A stretch of DNA of 64,000 bases from an uncultured Bdellovibrionales bacterium (lineage in GTDB: Bacteria; Pseudomonadota; Alphaproteobacteria; Micavibrionales; SZUA-601): NCBI GenBank assembly GCA_964496065.1, contig CAZBXD010000001.1:10437-74436 (forward strand), written 5' to 3'. The notes beneath the pieces are model-generated. The model was given only the letters and a program-made list of their open reading frames with translations. It had not been told where the DNA came from and did not search any database. Positions 56,471 to 64,000 of the stretch are shown piece by piece; position 1 is the first letter of the stretch, and every line of letters begins with the position of its first letter. The position numbers and the translations under genes are program-made.

Positions 56471-57493
56471 ATGGCATTACGCGTACGTGAAGATTTTAGA
56501 GGCCTTAGTGGCGCCGAAAAAGCAGCCGTTTTTATGATGGCTCTTGGTGAGGAATATACCGCTAAAATCATGGAAAATTTGACGGAAGAAGAGATTTTAG
56601 AAATTTCTCAAACCATGGCTAATCTTGGCAAGGTGAGCTCAAATGTTGTGGAAAAGCTCTTTGTCGATTTTGCTGAGCAAATGTCATCAACCGGCTCTCT
56701 TGTTGGAACCTATGATAGTACAGAACGCCTTCTTCGTAATGTTCTTGGGGATGACAAAGTCTCAGATATCATGGATGAGATTCGTGGTCCTGCAGGTCGC
56801 ACAATGTGGGATAAGCTGGGTAATGTGAATGAAGAAGTCTTGGCTAATTATCTTAAAAATGAATATCCACAAACTGTGGCAGTTGTTTTATCAAAAATAA
56901 AATCAGATCATGCCGCTAATGTTTTAGCTAATTTGCCCGAAAGTTTTGCTTTGGAAGTTATTAGTCGCATGCTTCGTATGGAGGCTGTGCAAAAAGAAGT
57001 TTTGGATGACGTAGAGCGGACTTTACGGGATGAATTTATGACGACTTTGGCCCGGACACAACGCCGAGATTCCCACGAATTGATGGCAGAAATTTTTAAC
57101 CATATGGATACTAAAAAAGAAAATGCCTTTATGTCTTCATTAGAAGAGCGGAATAAAGATTCAGCTGAAAAAATTCGTGCATTGATGTTCACCTTTGAGG
57201 ATATTCTTAAAGTTGACCCAACCGGTATTCAAAATATTTTGCGTAATATTGATAAAGAAAAGCTGCCGACGGCAATGAAGGGAGCAAGTGATGAGTTGAA
57301 AGATCTCTTCTTTAACAATATGTCAGAACGGGCTGCAAAAATTATGAAAGAGGATATGGCAACTATGGGGCCGGTGCGGGTCAAAGACGTTGAAGAGGCG
57401 CAGCAACATGTTGTGAATGTGACAAAAGACCTCGCGGATAAGAATGAGATCATCATTGCTGATGGCAGTTCTGAAGATGAATTGATCTATTAA
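56471..57493 (+). CDS. fliG: flagellar motor switch protein FliG
   Basis: [28 protein letters not shown], and the C-terminal torque-helix region ([13 protein letters not shown]). Confidence 0.96.
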   Translation: MALRVREDFRGLSGAEKAAVFMMALGEEYTAKIMENLTEEEILEISQTMANLGKVSSNVVEKLFVDFAEQMSSTGSLVGTYDSTERLLRNVLGDDKVSDIMDEIRGPAGRTMWDKLGNVNEEVLANYLKNEYPQTVAVVLSKIKSDHAANVLANLPESFALEVISRMLRMEAVQKEVLDDVERTLRDEFMTTLARTQRRDSHELMAEIFNHMDTKKENAFMSSLEERNKDSAEKIRALMFTFEDILKVDPTGIQNILRNIDKEKLPTAMKGASDELKDLFFNNMSERAAKIMKEDMATMGPVRVKDVEEAQQHVVNVTKDLADKNEIIIADGSSEDELIY

Positions 57494-57504
57494 GGGTTTG
57501 GGAG

Positions 57505-58329
57505 ATGGCATTGACTGAGAAATTTACATTTGACCTCGATTTTGATGAAGAACGTGCCCGTCTCATCAAGGAACGTCAGGTTCAACAGGCAGAGGTAAAA
57601 CGACAAAAAGAAGAGCAAGCCAGACAAGAGGCTAAGCTTCGCTATACCCCAGAGCAAATTGAAGAACTTAAAAATCAAGCACGAGAAGAAGGAAAACGGG
57701 CCGGGATTGAGGAAGCGAGGCAGTCCCATGAAAAAGCATCGTTAGATATTTTAACACAAGCGTTGAACAAGTTACAAACATTGGGTGAGGGTGAAGCTGT
57801 TCGAGAAAAACTCGCGCAACGTATTGGGATTGAAACGGCATTTGCATTGTTAAAAAAGATTTCCCCGTCCCTAACCGAAGGCAAAGAGCTTAGTGATGTC
57901 ACTGCCATCATCGCGCAAGCATTTTCAGAAAATCCGGAAGAGCAACGCCTTGTCATTCGGGTTCATGATAGTATTTTGGATACAATTATTAAAAATATTG
58001 ACACTGTTGCAAGTCAAAACGGGTTTTCTGGTAAACCGATTGTTCTCGCGGATCAATCCTTACAACCGCATGATTGCCGAATAGAGTGGGCTGATGGTGG
58101 GTTAGAACGTATGACAGGAAGCCTATGGGATGGATTAGAAAAAGCAATTAACCATGTTTTGGTTGGTCTTCCCGAAGCGCCAAAAAAAGAAGCAAGAACA
58201 GAAGAAAAAGCCTCTGAGGCAGAAGTATTAGAGGCAAACGAACCAGAAACAGAAGAACAGCCAGAAGCTGTAGAGGCTGTAACAGATGAACCCAATACCG
58301 GAAAACAGGAAGAGGTGCACGATGAGTGA
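57505..58329 (+). CDS. fliH: flagellar export apparatus protein FliH-like
   Basis: Position between fliG and fliN, a charged coiled-coil N-terminus, and a FliH-type C-terminal domain (LVIRVHDSILDTI..., CRIEWADGGLERM). Confidence 0.78.
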   Translation: MALTEKFTFDLDFDEERARLIKERQVQQAEVKRQKEEQARQEAKLRYTPEQIEELKNQAREEGKRAGIEEARQSHEKASLDILTQALNKLQTLGEGEAVREKLAQRIGIETAFALLKKISPSLTEGKELSDVTAIIAQAFSENPEEQRLVIRVHDSILDTIIKNIDTVASQNGFSGKPIVLADQSLQPHDCRIEWADGGLERMTGSLWDGLEKAINHVLVGLPEAPKKEARTEEKASEAEVLEANEPETEEQPEAVEAVTDEPNTGKQEEVHDE

Positions 58330-58705
58330 TGATGTCCAAACCCCAGAGGAAGTTGCAGGAGAAGGTGAAAAGCCTGAGAATGTGTCTTTCGATGAAATTA
58401 AGGAAGAAGAAACCACGTTGGCTGATACGGATGCTTTGAGCGAATATGCAGAAGAGGGCGAGGAAAAAGACCTTCATGCCATTTATGATATTCCAGTGCA
58501 AGTTTCTGCGGTCCTTGGTCGGTCAAATATGCAGGTTAGCCAGCTTTTGAAGCTTGGTCGTGGTGCGGTTGTCGAGCTTGATCGTCGTGTTGGTGAACCC
58601 ATTGATGTCTATGTCAATAACCGTCTTGTCGCGCGTGGCGAAGTTGTTGTTGTTGAAGATAAGCTGGGAATTACAATGACAGAAATTGTTAAATCAGAAG
58701 GATAA
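58322..58705 (+). CDS. fliN: flagellar motor switch protein FliN
   Basis: C-terminal SpoA domain IYDIPVQVSAVLGRSNMQVSQLLKLGRGAVVELDRRVGEPIDVYVNNRLVARGEVVVV. The ATG at 58322 overlaps the fliH stop (ATGAGTGA). Confidence 0.9.
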   Translation: MSDDVQTPEEVAGEGEKPENVSFDEIKEEETTLADTDALSEYAEEGEEKDLHAIYDIPVQVSAVLGRSNMQVSQLLKLGRGAVVELDRRVGEPIDVYVNNRLVARGEVVVVEDKLGITMTEIVKSEG

Positions 58706-58717
58706 AGTTGCAAAATT

Positions 58718-59506
58718 ATGGCAGAAGCTCAAATTAATATAAAACCAGTACAACGTAAAGTTGACTATGCAACCATCATTGGTCTTATTGGCGCAATAAG
58801 CATGATTGGAATTGCTCTCGTCTTAGGAGGGCGGGTTGGTTCTTTTCTTGATCTGCGCTCTGCCTTAATTGTGATTTTAGGTACGATTGCGATCACGGCG
58901 ATTTCTTATTCACTAACGGACATGGCTAAAGCAGGTCAAGTTATTGGGCGATCTTTTATGCAGAATATTGTTGATCCAACAGTCATGGCACACCAACTGC
59001 TTGATTTGGCAAATGTTGTTCGTAAAAAAGGGCCACTATCACTACAAGACTATACCAGTCAAATGGCGAAGGATCCGTTTCTTTTGCGAGCCATGAATCT
59101 GGTTAGTGATGGCGCAACTGCTGAGGATATTGACCGTTTATTAGGCCAAGAAATTGAATCTGTCACTGCACGGCATGAGCATAGCGCGGGAATGCTCAAG
59201 CGTGGTGCTGAAGTAGCGCCAGCGATGGGACTTATCGGGACTTTGGTTGGTTTGGTTCAAATGTTAGCGGCCCTTGATGACCCTGAATCGATTGGCCCAA
59301 GCATGGCAGTCGCCCTGCTGACAACCTTTTACGGTGCTTTGATGGGAACAGTTCTTCTCTCCCCTTTAGCAGCCAAGTTGGAGCGACGCAGTGAGGATGA
59401 ATTTGTTATCAAAACCATGGTTCTTTTGGCAGCAATGTCCATGTCGCGCAAAGAAAACCCAAGACGTTTAGAAATGTTATTGAATACAACTTTACCGCCA
59501 GAGTAG
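58718..59506 (+). CDS. motA: flagellar stator protein MotA/PomA
   Basis: Four-TM MotA/TolQ/ExbB-family pattern with APAMGLIGTLVGLVQML and ALLTTFYGALMG. Confidence 0.9.
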   Translation: MAEAQINIKPVQRKVDYATIIGLIGAISMIGIALVLGGRVGSFLDLRSALIVILGTIAITAISYSLTDMAKAGQVIGRSFMQNIVDPTVMAHQLLDLANVVRKKGPLSLQDYTSQMAKDPFLLRAMNLVSDGATAEDIDRLLGQEIESVTARHEHSAGMLKRGAEVAPAMGLIGTLVGLVQMLAALDDPESIGPSMAVALLTTFYGALMGTVLLSPLAAKLERRSEDEFVIKTMVLLAAMSMSRKENPRRLEMLLNTTLPPE

Positions 59507-59539
59507 CGGATTAGATATTTTAAATAGGAGTGTGACCGG

Positions 59540-60901
59540 ATGCGGTTAATGATTGTGGGAGCTCTTGAAGGGCATATTAGTGAAGCAGGTAAAATTGCCC
59601 TTAAAAAAGGAGTTGATGTCACACATAGTGAGAGTGTTTCTCAAGCATTGAATGCTTTACGCAATGGCAAGGGCGCTGACCTTGTAATGATTGATGTTAA
59701 GCAAGATATTGCTCAAATGATTTCCCAGATGGAAGCAGAACGAATAGCCACGCCAGTTGTGGCTTGTGGCGTCGATACAGATGCCTCTGCAGCCGTGGCT
59801 GCGATTAAAGCGGGGGCTAAGGAATATGTTCCTCTCCCGCCTGATGCGGAGCTTATTGCTGCGGTTTTAGAAGCGGTCGCAGAAGAAAACAACAATATGA
59901 TTGCGACCGATCCGGTTATGAAGGCTGTATTAGATATGGCAGATCAGATTGCACCGAGTACGGCGACGGTCCTTATTTCCGGTGAGTCGGGCACAGGTAA
60001 AGAATTGATGGCGCAATATATCCACAAGAAAAGCCAGCGGAAAGATAAAACTTTTATTGCTCTAAACTGTGCTGCGATCCCTGAAACACTCCTTGAATCA
60101 GAAATGTTTGGGCATGAAAAAGGTGCCTTTACTGGAGCGGTGGCTCGTCGTTTGGGAAAATTTGAAGAGGCGAATGGTGGCACGCTGTTTCTTGACGAAA
60201 TTTCGGAAATGGATATCAGCCTGCAAGCCAAACTTTTGCGCGCTATTCAGGAACGGGAAATCGAGCGTATCGGATCAAACAAGCCAGTCAAGGTGGATAT
60301 TCGTCTAATTGCGACCACAAACCGGAATTTGGAGCATGAGGTTAAGGCTGGAACCTTTCGGCAAGACCTGTATTTTCGTCTTAATGTTGTGAATATTGAT
60401 CTCCCGTCTTTGCGAGAGCGCCCAGAAGATATTCCAAAACTAGCGCAATTTTTTATCGAAAAATATAGCGAGCAAAATAAAATTGATTTGAAGCCGCTTT
60501 CTGATGCGGCACTTGATTTATTACTTAATCATGATTGGCCTGGTAATATTCGAGAACTTGAAAACACAATGCATCGGGCGGTTTTGGTAGCACGTAGAGA
60601 TATGATTGAACCGGAGGCTGTAATGCTTTCAGGTAAAGCTAATGTTGCAGCTAAAGCATCTACGGCTTCGACGCAGGAAGAAAAAGAAGACCTGCCAGGC
60701 AGTGCAATGATCGGTAAAACAGTTGCTGAAGTAGAACGTGATTTAATCATCAGCACACTCGATCACTGTTTGGGTAACCGTACCCATGCAGCCAATATTT
60801 TAGGAATTTCAATCCGGACATTGCGGAACAAACTTAAACAATATTCGCAAGATGGCGTTACCGTTCCAGGTAGTGCCCAGGATCAGGAGCGTCGTGCTTA
60901 A
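59540..60901 (+). CDS. flbD: sigma-54-dependent flagellar transcriptional activator (FlbD/FleR-like)
   Basis: Receiver-like N-terminus, AAA+ core with GESGTGKE and GAFTGA (EKGAFTGAV), and a C-terminal Fis-type HTH (AANILGISIRTLRNKL). Confidence 0.9.
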   Translation: MRLMIVGALEGHISEAGKIALKKGVDVTHSESVSQALNALRNGKGADLVMIDVKQDIAQMISQMEAERIATPVVACGVDTDASAAVAAIKAGAKEYVPLPPDAELIAAVLEAVAEENNNMIATDPVMKAVLDMADQIAPSTATVLISGESGTGKELMAQYIHKKSQRKDKTFIALNCAAIPETLLESEMFGHEKGAFTGAVARRLGKFEEANGGTLFLDEISEMDISLQAKLLRAIQEREIERIGSNKPVKVDIRLIATTNRNLEHEVKAGTFRQDLYFRLNVVNIDLPSLRERPEDIPKLAQFFIEKYSEQNKIDLKPLSDAALDLLLNHDWPGNIRELENTMHRAVLVARRDMIEPEAVMLSGKANVAAKASTASTQEEKEDLPGSAMIGKTVAEVERDLIISTLDHCLGNRTHAANILGISIRTLRNKLKQYSQDGVTVPGSAQDQERRA

Positions 60902-60925
60902 GCTTAGGTAAGGAGTGTAGGCTTT

Positions 60926-63097
60926 ATGGCTGATGAAGCTGCGTCACAATCATCCGCTCCAGCGGTAACAGAAACGGCTCCTGCATCAGAGGCAGGGGCA
61001 CAAACGGGTGTGTCAACATCAGCGGCAGATTTTAGTGCTTTTTTTGCGCGCTTAACCGCTAATAAAGATATACTTTTACCGATCGCAGTCATTGGGATTG
61101 TTATTGCGATGATTTTACCAATTCCGACCTGGCTCATGGATATTTCATTGGCATTGTCTATAACATTGTCAGTTTTAATTTTGATGACGGTGATGTATAT
61201 CGAAAAACCCCTAGAGCTTTCATCTTTTCCAACAATTTTGTTGATTGCAACAACGTTTCGATTGGCACTAAATATTGCCTCAACCCGATTGATTTTAACG
61301 AATGGTCATTTAGGCCCGGATGCAGCCGGGAATGTCATTGAAGCCTTTGGTGGCTTTATCATGGGGAATAATTATGTTATCGGAATTATTGTCTTTATTA
61401 TCCTTGTGATTATCAATTTTGTCGTGATCACCAAAGGCTCTGGGCGGATTGCTGAAGTCGCAGCACGGTTTTCTTTAGATGCGATGCCGGGCAAACAAAT
61501 GGCAATTGATGCCGATCTCTCTTCCGGATTGATTGATGAGGATCAGGCGCGTAACCGGCGCAAAGAATTGGAGCAGGAAAGCTCATTCTTCGGGGCGATG
61601 GATGGTGCGGCAAAATTTGTTCGCGGTGACGCGATTGCTGGTATTCTCATCACCTTGATTAATGTGATTGCTGGCATTGTTATTGGTGTCGTTCAAAACG
61701 ACCTTGACCTGGGGGAAGCGGCGACAGTTTATACAAGCTTGACCGTTGGCGATGGTTTGGTTTCACAGATCCCGGCGCTTGTTATCTCGGTTGCAGCCGG
61801 TCTTATGGTGTCAAAAGCCGGGACATCAGGCTCTACAGAAAAAGCGCTTGTCAGTCAGCTTAGTCAATATCCAAAAGCCTTAGCGTTATGTTCGGCGATG
61901 ATGACAGCGATGGCGATTTTGCCGGGTATTCCGTTTATTCCTTTTATTTCATTGGCAATTATTACCGGCGCGCTAGCCTACACTATTCCGAGACAGCAAC
62001 GACAAGCGCAGGCAGAAGAAAAAGCGATCGCCGCTGCTCAAGCCGAAAAAGCACCAGTGGAAGAAAAGCCAATTGCTACGGCGTTAGCAATGGATACAAT
62101 CCGCCTCGAATTGGGGTATGGTTTACTGCCCTTGGTCAATAGTGGGGAGGGTAATCGTTTAACTGAGCAAATTAAAGCTTTACGCCGGCAATTGGCGACC
62201 GATATGGGTTTTGTTCTGCCATCTATTCGAATTCAAGATAACCTCCAGCTACAGGCCAATAATTACCGTGTCATGGTGAAAGAAATTGAGGCTGGCTCTG
62301 GGGATATTCGTCCAAATATGTTGCTGTGTATGGATCCAAAGGGGCAACCAATTACCTTACCAGGTGAACGCACAAAAGAACCAACCTTTGGTCTGCCCGC
62401 TATGTGGGTTGAGGAACAACACCGAGAAGAAGGGCATTTTAAAGGCTATACGGTCGTTGATCCGCAAACGGTGATGACAACCCATATTACCGAATTGGTT
62501 AAAGATTATATGGCTGAATTGTTATCATATACCGAGACACAAAAACTTTTGGATGAGCTTGATAAAATTACCCAAAAACTAGTCGCCGATGTTATCCCGT
62601 CCCAAGTCAGTGTTTCTGGGGTTCAGCGGATTCTGCAGAATCTACTGGCAGAGAGAATTTCTATACGCGATTTGCCAGCAATTTTAGAAGGTGTGGCGGA
62701 AGCGGCGGCCTATACCAAGAATTTAACGCAAATTACTGAACACGTGCGCTCTCGTTTAGCACGACAATTATGCAACCAACATACAAGTGCGAATGGGATG
62801 CTTTCAATGTTAACTTTGTCACCAGAGTTTGAACAGATTTTTGCAGAAAGTTTGATAGGCGATGGTGAAGAGAAACAATTGGCGATGCCACCAAGCGAGT
62901 TACAACGTTTTATGAAGTCATTGTCGGACACCTATGAGAAACAAGCTAAGGTTGGGGAAAGTCCTGTATTATTAACAAGTCCAGCGATCCGACCCTATGT
63001 TCGCTCTATTATTGAACGCTTCCGACCACAAACGATTGTTATGTCTCAATCTGAGATCCACCCGAAAGCACGGATTAAAACCGTTGGTCAGGTGTAG
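60926..63097 (+). CDS. flhA: flagellar type III export protein FlhA
   Basis: Eight-TM N-terminal domain, the FHIPEP motif region (RFSLDAMPGKQMAIDADL), and a large cytoplasmic C-terminal domain. Confidence 0.96.
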   Translation: MADEAASQSSAPAVTETAPASEAGAQTGVSTSAADFSAFFARLTANKDILLPIAVIGIVIAMILPIPTWLMDISLALSITLSVLILMTVMYIEKPLELSSFPTILLIATTFRLALNIASTRLILTNGHLGPDAAGNVIEAFGGFIMGNNYVIGIIVFIILVIINFVVITKGSGRIAEVAARFSLDAMPGKQMAIDADLSSGLIDEDQARNRRKELEQESSFFGAMDGAAKFVRGDAIAGILITLINVIAGIVIGVVQNDLDLGEAATVYTSLTVGDGLVSQIPALVISVAAGLMVSKAGTSGSTEKALVSQLSQYPKALALCSAMMTAMAILPGIPFIPFISLAIITGALAYTIPRQQRQAQAEEKAIAAAQAEKAPVEEKPIATALAMDTIRLELGYGLLPLVNSGEGNRLTEQIKALRRQLATDMGFVLPSIRIQDNLQLQANNYRVMVKEIEAGSGDIRPNMLLCMDPKGQPITLPGERTKEPTFGLPAMWVEEQHREEGHFKGYTVVDPQTVMTTHITELVKDYMAELLSYTETQKLLDELDKITQKLVADVIPSQVSVSGVQRILQNLLAERISIRDLPAILEGVAEAAAYTKNLTQITEHVRSRLARQLCNQHTSANGMLSMLTLSPEFEQIFAESLIGDGEEKQLAMPPSELQRFMKSLSDTYEKQAKVGESPVLLTSPAIRPYVRSIIERFRPQTIVMSQSEIHPKARIKTVGQV

Positions 63098-63142
63098 ATG
63101 AAATCAATTTGGATAATAGTAAAAAACGGTATAAATTAACAC

Positions 63143-64000
63143 ATGCGCCTTAAATCTTTTCAAGCTCCTTCAATGAATCAAGCAATGAAACTGGCTGTCG
63201 CTGAACTCGGCGAAGATGCGGTTATTGTATCAAGCCGTACTCTTGATAATGGGGATGTCCGTGTGACAGCTGCGCTCGATGATATGACTGAAACCGATTG
63301 GGAGCAGGAACAAAACGCGGCCACGGACCTCTATGATACGGCCGCCCTGTTTGGCGGAATTAAGGATTATGATGATCTGCCGGATGAGATGGATACGATT
63401 GAGACTTCCATGGCGACCAATATTATTGAGATTGTCACTAGTGCGCTTTTGCGTCATGGGGTTCCTGCCAAACTCGCAGATAAAATTATTACCCGGGTTG
63501 AAAATTCTGGGATACCGGATCCGTTTAAGGCGTTGGTTATGGTTTTTACTGACATGTTTGAATTTGATCCCATTCCAACAACGCCCTATGAACGCCCGGT
63601 GATGCTGGTCGGACAACCGGGGGCAGGGAAAACCTTGACGGTAGCAAAACTGGCCGCGCGCGCAGTGTTGAATGATGTCAAGCCAGTGGTGATTACCGCC
63701 GATACCATCCGAGCTGGTGGCGTGGAACAGCTTTCTGCCTTTACCAAAGTGCTGAAACTACCGCTGATCAAAGTTAATTCCCCAGAGCAATTGAAACAAG
63801 CGATTGATGACCACAAAGACGCCGATCAGGTTATTATTGATTGCCCCGGCCTTAATGCGTTCGATCCGGAAGAGATGAAAGAGCTCAATACATATATTAA
63901 AGTGACGCCAATGGATTTATTATTAGCCTTACCAGCTGGTGGTGATCCAGAAGAGTCAGCTGAAATTGCACGTGCTTTCTCTATTCTTGGAGCGCGGTGG
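63143..64000 (+). CDS. flhF: flagellar biosynthesis GTPase FlhF (3-prime end beyond the window)
   Basis: Translated by hand from the ATG at 63143: MRLKSFQAPSMNQAMKLAVAELGEDAVIVSS..., SRP-type G1 motif MLVGQPGAGKTLT, ITADTIRAGGVEQL and IIDCPG. The frame stays open to the window end, which is why it is absent from the ORF track. Confidence 0.88.
   Translation, partial: MRLKSFQAPSMNQAMKLAVAELGEDAVIVSSRTLDNGDVRVTAALDDMTETDWEQEQNAATDLYDTAALFGGIKDYDDLPDEMDTIETSMATNIIEIVTSALLRHGVPAKLADKIITRVENSGIPDPFKALVMVFTDMFEFDPIPTTPYERPVMLVGQPGAGKTLTVAKLAARAVLNDVKPVVITADTIRAGGVEQLSAFTKVLKLPLIKVNSPEQLKQAIDDHKDADQVIIDCPGLNAFDPEEMKELNTYIKVTPMDLLLALPAGGDPEESAEIARAFSILGARW

Noticed and set aside
55924-56571. 215-aa Ser-rich ORF antisense to the fliF 3-prime end and the fliG 5-prime end.
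   Set aside because: It is the reverse complement of the acidic, Glu-rich FliF tail (GAA/GAG codons read as TTC/CTC, giving Ser/Phe/Leu runs). It has no RBS and overlaps two strongly supported genes.

Overview
This reads as a chromosomal segment from a moderately AT-rich alphaproteobacterium. The lineage markers are GcrA, a Mic60-like gene inside a hemC-hemD-hemY cluster, CtrA-type TTAA-N7-TTAA boxes and an FlbD-type sigma-54 activator. Most of the window is tightly packed housekeeping: yebC-ruvCAB, ymdB/5-FCL/6S RNA/zapA, tkt-gap, t6A genes tsaC and tsaD, trxA, two L,D-transpeptidases, the hem cluster, gpsA, yggS, miaA-degP-hflCK and mrp. Two regions look accessory or specialised. (1) At 11.1-24.4 kb there is a type I secretion / giant adhesin locus of the LapA-LapG kind. 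It has a C39-like ABC exporter, an HlyD-type fusion protein, TolC, a periplasmic transglutaminase-like cysteine protease, an OmpA-like protein and a 1736-aa repeat adhesin with an N-terminal TAAG motif. No LapD-type c-di-GMP receptor is present in the window, and an RHH-PAS regulator sits beside the adhesin. (2) At 54.8-64 kb there is a compact flagellar operon, fliF-fliG-fliH-fliN-motA-flbD-flhA-flhF, running off the window end. Its upstream region carries a CtrA box and a cluster of GANTC sites. The candidates I consider most worth follow-up are: the LapD-less adhesin-release locus; a perfect sigma-54 promoter driving an uncharacterised conserved-looking gene next to a receiver-less OmpR-type regulator (43.0-44.8 kb); a 779-aa methyltransferase fused to two degenerate NudF-like Nudix folds and translationally coupled to an NDUFAF5-like protein with a collapsed SAM-binding region (30.6-34.3 kb); and a CheY-like regulator with an Arg-rich tail paired with a histidine-less Hpt-like protein (3.8-4.9 kb). 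I saw no tRNA, rRNA, CRISPR array, transposase or integrase. All calls come from reading the translations and the DNA by eye. No searches were run, so all family assignments are unverified.
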